Assembly: GCA_965203275.1 (NCBI GenBank)
Contig: OZ241865.1
Coordinates: 224,001 to 288,000, forward strand
Origin: Bdellovibrionales bacterium
Lineage (GTDB): Bacteria > Bdellovibrionota > Bdellovibrionia > Bdellovibrionales > JAUICD01
DNA: 64,000 nt
Direction of reading: 5' to 3'
The position numbers were made by a program, and so were the translations under genes. Shown one piece after another: positions 10,130 to 19,642 of the stretch (position 1 is its first letter; the number at the start of each line of letters is the position of its first letter). Under the pieces are notes generated by a model. That model worked only from the letters and a program-made list of their open reading frames with translations, ran no database searches and had not been told where the DNA came from.

Positions 10130-11047
10130 ATGAAAAGTATAATGAAAAAAATTATTTTATCAGCTATTTTATTTATGGCTATCGTTTTGAATCTTTACAG
10201 TCAAGTTATGGCTACAGACCTTTCTGACAAAGGGTACCTAGGTCATCAAAGGGATTTTTCTGAAAATACAACAAATGATGAGTTAGACAACAGCAATCGT
10301 TTAACACCGGAAGAAATTCATAATTTTTTAGATACAATAAATACTTCTTTAGAAGCAGTAGCTAGCCGTTCTGGTTATCAATTAGATAAGTCTTACACAT
10401 ATTTAGATTTTGCAAAGAGTTTTTATCTTTTAGGTATTGGGATTGGGATAGTAGGAGGCTCTGCTGCTGTAGGAGGCAGTACTTATAACGCTGTATCTTC
10501 TGGTGCTGATTTTAATTTTACAACAGCAACAGCTACGGGCAGTGTTGTTTTAGGTCATATTATTGGTAATGTTATAACTGTGTTATTTCCTTTAGCTTCT
10601 GCTCCTGCTAAGATAAAGAAGGCTGCTACAATCACTACTGTAACAGGAGCTCTTATTACTAGTGCTACTGTGGGAGCAGGTGCAGCGTCGGCGGCTTCTT
10701 ATGTAACTGAGACTACTGATATTCAACGGAATACCCCTATTCCTGGCATTTCTGATGCTACTTATGTCAATGATCATTATAGAATGAAACTGCACTATAG
10801 AGTGACACATGCTTCAGGATCTCACACTATAGAAAATGCTTGTTTATTATTTTTTTCTATTGATCCTTTTGGTGGACTTAATGATTATGTTATGAATTTC
10901 GAATTAGATGCTTGTGATGATAGTGATATATTTCCACAAGAGCAAAAAGGATGGATTAGAATAGGTGATTTTGTTGACCCTTCTGATATACTTATGGGAC
11001 AGAGCAAGGTTGTTGCTTCAGGTCAATTTAAGTTATTAGGTCGGTAA
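10130..11047 (+). CDS. Exported hypothetical protein with Gly/Ala/Thr-rich hydrophobic segments
   Basis: Signal peptide; glycine-zipper-like GIGIGIVGGSAAVGG. Confidence 0.7.
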   Translation: MKSIMKKIILSAILFMAIVLNLYSQVMATDLSDKGYLGHQRDFSENTTNDELDNSNRLTPEEIHNFLDTINTSLEAVASRSGYQLDKSYTYLDFAKSFYLLGIGIGIVGGSAAVGGSTYNAVSSGADFNFTTATATGSVVLGHIIGNVITVLFPLASAPAKIKKAATITTVTGALITSATVGAGAASAASYVTETTDIQRNTPIPGISDATYVNDHYRMKLHYRVTHASGSHTIENACLLFFSIDPFGGLNDYVMNFELDACDDSDIFPQEQKGWIRIGDFVDPSDILMGQSKVVASGQFKLLGR

Positions 11048-11348
11048 TGAAACTGTCCAGTTCAATGATCATATCAGAGAGTTTATCAGCTTTTAAGAAG
11101 CTGTTAGTTTTTTGATTGTTAGGCTTTGAGTGTTTGGATTTTGAGTGTTAGGTTTTGGATGTTAAATTTGTTTGAGCTTTGAGTGTTAGGTTTTGTTTGA
11201 GTGTTAAAGTTTTTTAGTTTGGTTGGTTGAATCTTTTCTCTTATCTTTAATTATATATTTTATATTGTAAGCCACTTTAAGCTTCCTTTTTTGATTTCTT
11301 ATCATGATTATTTTAGTTTTAGATGGATTGTTTTATTTTTTTGTTGGT

Positions 11349-14343
11349 TTATTTGATTTGTTGAGATTTTATAAATTCAAACCAAGCTTTTTTGCTTAAA
11401 TCTGGTTTAAAATTATTTTCACTATTTTTTGAAAGTTGCTGGAGCATCAATAAGCCTTTAAGGGCAATATGATAAGCTCCATTAGCATCTGCATTTTGAG
11501 GCATAGAATGATCTTTTAATTTGCTTGAATGAAAAAAGTGACCTCGATGATCTTTGACTGGTGATATCATCCAATCTTCATCTGTGTTAACTCTGCTATT
11601 ACGCATTTGCAAAGTCAATTTAAATAATCTCATAAGCTCCTTAAAAAACTCTCTTTTATCTTGTTTTGTGATAGCCTCAATTAAACATTCTTCATCTTTA
11701 AACTCAATAGAATACTTTTTAAACAGCTCTATTATTTCTTGAGTTATATCCACTTTACGAGTATCCCATTGATTGTTCTTTTTGCTATCTCTAAAACTTT
11801 CTAGTCGGATGCCGTGACTGCATATCATCCATTTTTGTTGTAAGCCCTCTACTTTTTTGTTAAAGCTTTCATAATTTATATGAAATTCAAAATAATTTTC
11901 AGAAGGATGGAGACAAATCTGATCAAATTGACTGAAAAACTCTTTTGCTTTTCTTATAGTTTCATATCTTGGATAGAGTAAATTGATAAATCCTGTGGCA
12001 GGGCAAACTTTAGAGGTGTAATAAGAAGGAACATAAAAAATGAACCCTGTTTGTTTGCCCATTTTTTGAAAACTCTCAAACTTTTCAGTTAATTGTAAAG
12101 GTTTGAATAAACCTCCTAAGTCATGTGGCTCTTTATCCTTATCCTTAAAAATTAAGTAATGAAGTTTATCTATTAACATTTTTTCTAGCTTTTGATAAAC
12201 TTGTTTTTCTACTTTAAAGCGACCTCTTTTAAATCCAAAATTCAAATCTTCAAAGACTACAATGGCATTATGTTTAACCATTAGTTTTGTAATTTTATGT
12301 ACTACTTGAGAGAGATAACCTGTTTTAAGGTCTTTGATCTTTTCAATAGTATCCCAAGATTTTCTTGCCTGATCTCTTTCTTTTTCTCTGTTGTCTAAAA
12401 GTTTTTGGTAGTCTCTACCTTGATTCAAAGGCTCATTTAAACTATCTTGTTTCAAGATATTGCCTTTCTGGTCTATGACTGTGTAATAGGCTAGATGCCT
12501 TTCGCCTCTATCAATACCAATAATTTTCACATTATTTATATGTTTCTTAAGAGCTTGGTTGACTTTGTCATTAAATTTATTGACTTTTGACGCTTTAAAA
12601 TTACATTCAATAGGTACGTGAAAGAAATATTGATTTTTTGTAAATCTTTTATCTTTGATAATATCATAATCAAATATATTTTTTTTGCTCTTATTTTTTT
12701 TGCTTTGAATAAATTGGCCTTTAAGGTGAGTAATTTTTTTTGCATTTGAAATAGAAGCTTTTCTATAGAACAGCTCTGCCTTGCCACTGAGTTTATAGAT
12801 CACATCTTTAAGATTATCTTCATCAAACAAAGCTTTCCAATACATAGTATGAAGGTTCGGCTTACCTTTGTTGGATTTTTTCTTTTGAGAAAAATCCTTA
12901 TTATAAATTTGGAATAAATAAAGCTTACCTTCTCGAACACACTGATCAATATAGCTTTTGGATATATCTTGAAAAGTGATTTTATACCCTTGATGTTCTA
13001 CTTCACGATAAAAGTCATTTATTTCTTTATAATGTGTTGTTGGATTAAACTTAAAATCAAATTGCTTCCAGTCAGGGTGTTTTGCAATGGAATTTTTATA
13101 AAAATCAATCATCTTATACATATCTTGAAGATCAAAATCTTTCTTCTCAAAACCATTTTGAGTCTCTCCATTTTTGGTATGACTTGCATGATTTCTTATA
13201 GCTAAAATTTCTTCAGAAGGTGAGTAATTATTAATATTTTTCTGACTAAAAAAAACTTTTGGCAACATTTTACTGGCACCGGGTAATAACTTATAAATCA
13301 TTTTTTCATAATGTTCACCATTATTTGGCACATCACTATTTTCAAATAATTTCTTATGTTTTTTATCCATTATTCCAAGAAAATACTGGCTGTCTTTTTT
13401 AAATAATACACAGAAATTATCTTTTTCTTTATTTTGATCCCAACCATCTGCCAATATAGGATTTTCAAAATTTAGTTTATATTTTTCTATACTGTAAGGT
13501 TTTTTGGTGAGATAATTGCGAGTTTGATTAAAAAGTGGAACAACAGCATTTATAGACTTAAATAAAACATCAAAGTCACTGTAAAATAAGCCATCCTTTT
13601 CAAAAATATCTTTTTGATCTTTATCATTCCCTCTAATCTGAATAGATAAGGGTTTTAAAAAATGGTATAAGTCCATTAAGGACTCAAGATATTGTTTGAT
13701 AATATTTTTAGCTTTCTGATCATTTTTTAGTTTTTCATCCTTAGCATTTTTATATTTTTCTAATACTTTAATAGCTTTGGATTTTGCATCTTGTATATTT
13801 TCAAGTAGCCCAACTTTTTCAAATAAATTGCTTTCTTCATTTTTCTTTTTAATAGTGAGGGATTCAAAATATTTACAAAGAGGCTTATTAATAGCAATTT
13901 CTTTTTGTTCTTTTGTTGTTTTCCCTTGATCATCTTGATCTTCTTCTTTTAGTACTTCTTGATTTAATTCTTTATCTTTATACTGTTCAAAATATAACTC
14001 CAAAGCTTTATGAATATCATCAAAACTTAAATAAGATTGCTTTAGCCATTTTTCTCTATCTTTTAAAAGTTTTTGAGTTTCTTTTTTACCTTTTAGTAAA
14101 GGGTATACTTTTTCTGCAACATAATATTCAAGGCAACGTTGAATTACATTCCACTCACCAAAAAGATATTGTGATATATCTGTGATAGCCCGGTCATTTT
14201 TGATATAGAGTTTTTTAGGATCAGCTTCTTTTAATACCTTTAAAGATTCTATTAAATTTAGACTTTCTGTGATATTGTTTTCATTCTGATTGATCATTGT
14301 ATTGATTTGTAAATTCTTTGAATATTGAATCTGGGTTTTTCAT
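11349..14343 (-). pseudogene. cas12a: cas12a (cpf1) split by an internal deletion/frameshift: mini-ORF 14343-14281 (MKNPDSIFKEFTNQY...) plus 982-aa ORF 14297-11349
   Basis: NQTRNYLTKKPYS, KLNFENP.LADGWD.NKE, YKLLPGASKMLPKVFF, GKLYLFQIYNKDFS, IIGIDRGERHL, VFEDLN.GFKRGR, NADANGAYHIALKG; ORF starts inside REC2. Confidence 0.9.
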
Positions 14344-14505
14344 AATAGATAATCCTTTCATTTATTGTGTATTATGAGCTGTATTTAATTATGCATTGCA
14401 TAATTAAATGCAGTGCAATTGACCAAAGGCAAAACCAAGATGCTGACAATACTATCGTATCAAATGAAGATATAATACTTGCCTTCTGTTTATTGATACT
14501 TTTTT

Positions 14506-14533
14506 TTATCGGTATAAATGCTATTTAACTTAA
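14506..14533 (-). promoter_or_regulatory. sigma28/FliA-like promoter facing cas12a
   Basis: Minus strand TTAAG-N15-ACCGATAA. Confidence 0.5.
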
Positions 14534-14665
14534 GCATCTAAAGTATTTTATGAACCAAAAAATATAAAAACAGTTAAATCGTCTCAATTTGAATCAATCA
14601 TTTGATAAAAGTGTTTCAAAATGTATCAGTTATTTAATAATTAATAATATTTTTTATTTTTATGC

Positions 14666-14692
14666 TTTAGCTAAAATTTAATCTACCGATAA
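14666..14692 (+). promoter_or_regulatory. sigma28/FliA-like promoter facing the Cas12a2/a3-like gene
   Basis: TTTAG-N14-ACCGATAA. Confidence 0.5.
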
Positions 14693-14801
14693 GTTTATAT
14701 GTTCTTACAAAATCAATTTTTTCATCAAAGCATACATATTTTTAAAACTATATTTTAATAAATTTTTAAATTTAATTCATTATTTCAAAAAAGGAGAAAT
14801 T

Positions 14802-17800
14802 ATGTCCCACTCTACCAATAATAATAAAACAAACTTTGACAATCCATATCAATACACAAGAGCTATTCGCTTTAAATTAGAACCTCAAAAACAAAGTAAA
14901 TGCTTTTTGAAAAAAATAAAGCAGAACAATCAAGAAGAAATTAATCTTAAAGATTTATCAAATCTTTTGCTAGAAATATATGAAAGTTTACATCAATTGA
15001 TCTATGTAGATAGTAAAAAAGAAGAAAAGAACGATCAAGATTCCAAAGATAAGAGTAAAAAATATAGCAAAAAAATATCTATCAATAAAACATGGCTTAA
15101 AACTTGGCACAAAGAACAATTCTACTATTTAATCAAAGAAAGCAACAACAGGCAAGGTAAATATGCTCTTAAAGATTTAAAACCTATACACTATTTAAAT
15201 CAATGGTTTCAAAACTGGGGAGAATTAAGCAAGCAGTTTAAAAATCTGTCTCAAAAGCCATTAGAAGATCAGGCTCGAAAAAGTGAAATAGCTCATATCA
15301 TTAGGAGTTTACTGAATATAAAGAATTTACCTTATATTATGGATTTTCTTAAAGAACTTCATACTAAAAATACACAGCTAGATGAAAAAGTTAAAAAGCT
15401 TAAAGAAAATTTAGAGAAGGCACAGAAAGACCTCAGAAATGCAGAAAAAGAATATTTATCTAGCAGTGCAGAAGGTATTGAAATAGCCAAAGCTAGCTTT
15501 AACTATTACACTGTTAATAAAAAATCAAAAGAAGACTATAGTAGAGAATTGGAAGAATTGAAAAAAAAGAAAAAAGAAAATCATTTTTCAAATATTGAAG
15601 AAGGTAAAAATAACACTTTTTTAATAAAGTTAGATGCAAACCATTTTTTAAATAAAAAGCTTAAGGATATAGAATCAGATCAAAAAATAAAAAAACAAGC
15701 AGAAATATTCACATTTAAAAGTGAACAAGAAAAAGAATGGCTTAAAAGATATTGTGCTGAGTATAAGCTTGGAGATATAACTAAAGACACCTGTCATCTT
15801 TCCTTAGATAGAACGTATGATTTGATGAAATCTTTTAAAGCAGAACAAAAATCTATTTTTTATGAAGTGATGGCTCATATTGCAAGTGATGAAAAGAAAG
15901 GGAGTAGTTACACAGTCAAAAATAAAAATCTTAAAGATTATGAATTGAGTTATAAACATCTTAATCAAGAAAGTATCAATAAAACATTTTCTTTATTCCA
16001 ATTTAATGACAACCATAAAAATTTACATTATAGAAATAGATCAGTAGAAAAATATAATGAGTTTGTGAAGCTAACTAAAGACATTCAAAAAGAAGGCAAA
16101 GCAAAAGAAAGAGGAAAATGGCTTTTTTGTTCAAATAAAAATCATCGTTTTTATTTTACAGAATATGGTGAATTTTGTGATTACTACAAAAAAATAGCAC
16201 AGGACAGAGGTAAACTCATTGCTCAAATCAAAGGCATTGAAAAAGAAAGAGATGAAGCTGTGCAGACAGAGTATTGGAGTTTAATTTATATAAAAGCTCA
16301 TCAAAAGCAACTTTGGTTGATACCTAAAAGCAAGATGCAAGATGCTAAAAAAAATATTAATCGTCTTCAAGATAGGCAAAGTAATTCACTTCAAAAAGAT
16401 AACTTTTGTATTTTTGAATCTTTAACTATGAGAGCCTTACATAAACTGTGTTTTGCTGAAGAAAGCACTTTTGTAAGAGATATGCCAGAAGATTTACAGA
16501 ATCTTCAAAAACAAGCTAAAGAAATCAAAACTGATGGAGATAAACAAAAGGTCAAAGAAAAAGATCAGAAAAAACTTGAATATCTCAAAGAAGTATTAAA
16601 GTCAGATTACGCTAAAGACAAACTACAATTGGAAAACTTCAATCTAAAAGAAGTTAATAAAGCGGAAACCTTGCAAGAATTTGAAAAAGCTTTAGAAAAA
16701 AACTGCTACTATGTTGTTCAAAAAACATTTGCTAATAAAGAAGATAAAGAGGATTTCATTAAAAAGTTTGATGTCATTGTGTTAAATTTAACTTCTTATG
16801 ACTTAGAAAAACGAAACAAAAATACTCATCAAAACCCTCACATTGAAACTGAAAATAAATATCATACTGATTTATGGCAAGCCTTTTGGAGTAATTTTTG
16901 GAATAAAGAGATAAATGTAAAAAAAATTAATGTGGGTGAAGTACGTTTAAACCCTGAAGTTAAAATCAGGTATCGGAGTATCGATAAAGATTTAGAAAAA
17001 TACCTTAAAGAAAGAGGTTTTTCTGATCAATTTAAGCATCGTAGGAAGCAGGAGCAAATCACAGTTAATTTCACTTTAGCACTTAATGCAGGTAAGAGAT
17101 ATGAAGAACTTGCTTTTACAAAACCTGAAGAAATAAGAGAGAAAATCGATAACTTCAATCAAAACTTTAATAATGAGCATGATTTTAAAACAGCTTGGAA
17201 ATATGGCATTGATCGAGGACAAATTGAACTGGCTACTTTATGCCTTGTCAAATTTGATCCTGATAAAGACATGTACCAAGTCAATGGTAAAAGCATAGCT
17301 CAGCCTACTTTTCAACAAAAAATTAAGTGTTATACCTTAAAAGACTACAATCATTCAAAGCCTTATGATGATGGTAAGGAAAGAAAAGAAACTGATCGTA
17401 AGGCTATTAAGAATCTCTCTTATTTTCTTGATAAAAATAAAGAACCCAATAAAGATATTTTTGAGTCTCATTCTGTCTCTTGCTTAGATTTGACCACAGC
17501 TAAGGTGATCAAAGGTAAAATTTTCACCAATGGTGATGTGATGACTTACTTGAAACTCAAGAAAGCATCAGCTAAACGCCAGCTTTATGAAATTTATGCT
17601 CAAAGCAAAATAAATGCAAGTGTAACATTGGAATGGAGTGAATACAAAGATGGTAAAGAAAAAGAACATCATCCTGAAGGTGTTTTGAATATAAAGTATG
17701 GTGAAAAAGAAATAAAAACTATTTATGAATATTCCACAAAATATAAAGATGTTCTATCTAAGGAACAAATTAAAACAGATCTCAATCGCTATCTTGAGGA

Positions 17801-18779
17801 ACTATTTAAAAATAAGACAAGTCATACACCTGAAATTTTACAAATCAATCATTTAAGAGATGCCATCACTGCCAATATGGTAGGTGTGATCTGTCACTTA
17901 CAGAAAACATATCCTGGCTTTGTGATTTTAGAAGATCTCGATCCAGGAAAAGTCAATCGTGTATCAGATGGTTTTCAAGATGATGAAAATATTGCCCGCA
18001 GATTAGAGAATGCTCTTTATAATAAGTTTCAAGCTTTGGGTTCAGTTCCGCCTCATGTTAAAGACATTATTCAACTGAGAGAAGATGTCAGAGATGAACA
18101 ACAGAAATGTGCAGTAAATATAAATACAATTGAAGACAATATAAAGAAAGTTAAAGAAGAACTCAATAAGTTAAATGAAAAAACGCCTCAAAATATTATT
18201 GATAAATACAAAAGAGAATTAAAAGTTTTAGAAGACCAGAAAAGTCAATATAATAAAAATTTTGTCAAGTCTTCACAAATAGGAGTGATTGTTTTTGTGG
18301 ACGAAAAAAATACAAGTCAAAACTGCCCTTACTGTGAAAAAGGACAGCCAGCATCAGAAAAAAACAAAAAAAAGAAATTCCAAGAAAAACAGTTTGTTTG
18401 CCAATTATGTGGTTTTAATACTCAAAATCTTAATAAAGAACATATTTTAAAAGACATCAATGACCCTGATAAAGTAGCGGCTTATAACATTGCTAAAAAG
18501 CTAAAAACCTCTAATGAGATTGGTAAAATGGAGCCACTTCAGTCTCAAAACACTGAAGGTAAAAATGTACACAGTTATCAAAATAAAAATCATCGGACTA
18601 AACAAAAGCATGATAACTCAAAAAAAGGTGAAGCCTTCAACAAACAAAAGCACAATCTACAAAAAATCCATCCACTACAGAGCAATCAAAGGCAGGCAAA
18701 TTCAAAGCAACTAAAACATCAACCCTTTAAAGATTTAAAAAAGATGATCAGTGAAGAAAATGAAAGGCCCCATCCTTAA
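14802..18779 (+). CDS. Type V effector of the Cas12a2/Cms1 group (Smithella-Cms1/Cas12a3-like), 1325 aa
   Basis: RBS AAGGAG; TRAIRFKLEP; AKASFNYYTVNKK; RGKLIAQIKGIE; RLNPE; RuvC YGIDRG (D804), ILEDL (E1044), NDPDKVAAYNIA (D1223); Zn ribbon CPYC..CQLC; linked V-A-type array. Confidence 0.88.
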   Translation: MSHSTNNNKTNFDNPYQYTRAIRFKLEPQKQSKCFLKKIKQNNQEEINLKDLSNLLLEIYESLHQLIYVDSKKEEKNDQDSKDKSKKYSKKISINKTWLKTWHKEQFYYLIKESNNRQGKYALKDLKPIHYLNQWFQNWGELSKQFKNLSQKPLEDQARKSEIAHIIRSLLNIKNLPYIMDFLKELHTKNTQLDEKVKKLKENLEKAQKDLRNAEKEYLSSSAEGIEIAKASFNYYTVNKKSKEDYSRELEELKKKKKENHFSNIEEGKNNTFLIKLDANHFLNKKLKDIESDQKIKKQAEIFTFKSEQEKEWLKRYCAEYKLGDITKDTCHLSLDRTYDLMKSFKAEQKSIFYEVMAHIASDEKKGSSYTVKNKNLKDYELSYKHLNQESINKTFSLFQFNDNHKNLHYRNRSVEKYNEFVKLTKDIQKEGKAKERGKWLFCSNKNHRFYFTEYGEFCDYYKKIAQDRGKLIAQIKGIEKERDEAVQTEYWSLIYIKAHQKQLWLIPKSKMQDAKKNINRLQDRQSNSLQKDNFCIFESLTMRALHKLCFAEESTFVRDMPEDLQNLQKQAKEIKTDGDKQKVKEKDQKKLEYLKEVLKSDYAKDKLQLENFNLKEVNKAETLQEFEKALEKNCYYVVQKTFANKEDKEDFIKKFDVIVLNLTSYDLEKRNKNTHQNPHIETENKYHTDLWQAFWSNFWNKEINVKKINVGEVRLNPEVKIRYRSIDKDLEKYLKERGFSDQFKHRRKQEQITVNFTLALNAGKRYEELAFTKPEEIREKIDNFNQNFNNEHDFKTAWKYGIDRGQIELATLCLVKFDPDKDMYQVNGKSIAQPTFQQKIKCYTLKDYNHSKPYDDGKERKETDRKAIKNLSYFLDKNKEPNKDIFESHSVSCLDLTTAKVIKGKIFTNGDVMTYLKLKKASAKRQLYEIYAQSKINASVTLEWSEYKDGKEKEHHPEGVLNIKYGEKEIKTIYEYSTKYKDVLSKEQIKTDLNRYLEELFKNKTSHTPEILQINHLRDAITANMVGVICHLQKTYPGFVILEDLDPGKVNRVSDGFQDDENIARRLENALYNKFQALGSVPPHVKDIIQLREDVRDEQQKCAVNINTIEDNIKKVKEELNKLNEKTPQNIIDKYKRELKVLEDQKSQYNKNFVKSSQIGVIVFVDEKNTSQNCPYCEKGQPASEKNKKKKFQEKQFVCQLCGFNTQNLNKEHILKDINDPDKVAAYNIAKKLKTSNEIGKMEPLQSQNTEGKNVHSYQNKNHRTKQKHDNSKKGEAFNKQKHNLQKIHPLQSNQRQANSKQLKHQPFKDLKKMISEENERPHP

Positions 18780-18863
18780 AAAACAAGCTACAATTATAAA
18801 CAAATGTCAAATTTAGGATTTATCTTTTAAAAATATTTTTTAAAATATATGGTAATCTATGTT

Positions 18864-19038
18864 GTGGTCATTGCCCAAGGTGTAAGAAAGAAATTTTTCC
18901 TTAACATTGTGTTAAAAAACGAGAGGATCCTTCCTACTCAAAGTGAACAGGCTTTCTAGGTTGCCAGCTTTTGAGAAGGCGAAAGCCTTCAGCTGGCAAC
19001 CAGAAAGTGACCAGAGGTCAGTTCACTTTGAGTGAACC
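18864..19038 (+). repeat. Family-A repeat, full copy ~18899-19037
   Basis: Complete nested stem set seen directly. Confidence 0.85.
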
Positions 19039-19041
19039 AAA

Positions 19042-19200
19042 TTATATGTTGTTGTCAAAAGAAGCTTCATTAAGAGTCCTATATTCCTAGTGTACATAAG
19101 TTTGATGTATTTATCAATAATGCATATCAAATATGAAAAATCAGACTTGACGCATTAAAATAGCTGTTTTCAACCTGTGCATTTTGTTCAACCTATATCT
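19042..19200 (-). pseudogene. Remnant paralog of the Bdr-like gene: last codons joined directly to its upstream promoter region
   Basis: 19055-19080 matches 8935-8960; 19083-19200 resembles 9600-9725. Confidence 0.7.
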
Positions 19201-19367
19201 TACAGTCAGGGATGACCCATCCTTCTTGATCATTTTTATCTTAAAATGAATTAGGATAAAAAAATAATAATAACTCAGAAAATCACAATATTGATTGAAC
19301 TTAATTAGCAGATTCTCAAAATGAAAATAAATTTTCTCTAAATCATAAAAATTTTTGTTTTAAGAAC

Positions 19368-19395
19368 TAAAGGATTAAGCATTTTTTACCGATAA
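19368..19395 (+). promoter_or_regulatory. sigma28/FliA-like promoter before cas4
   Basis: TAAAG-N15-ACCGATAA, 7 nt before ATG 19403. Confidence 0.55.
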
Positions 19396-19402
19396 ATCTA
19401 AT

Positions 19403-19642
19403 ATGGAATCTTATGTCTCTATATCTTTTTTGAATGATTTTATTTTTTGTCCTCGCTCTATTTACTTTCATCAAATTTATGGTAGGCAAGAGCAAATCTC
19501 TTACCAAGATATTCCACAAATTGCAGGCAAAGTAGCCCATCAAACTATTGATTCCAAATCTTATAGCACTCGCAAAAACATCCTGCAAGGCATTCCTGTT
19601 TATTCTTCAAAATACCAAATATATTGCCACACATATTATTAA
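19403..19642 (+). pseudogene. cas4: cas4 N-terminal half (V-A PREFRAN type), truncated
   Basis: ISFLNDFIFCPRSIYFH..AGKVAH; lacks the nuclease motif and C-terminal cysteines. Confidence 0.85.

Noticed and set aside
18780..19400. tracrRNA/scoutRNA or anti-repeat near the effectors
   Set aside because: No complementarity to the repeat noticed; Cas12a-group systems do not need one; the region is explained by a family-A copy and the Bdr remnant.
19548..19620. Genuine in-frame Cas4-Cas1 fusion
   Set aside because: The two parts are in different frames and both lack essential regions.
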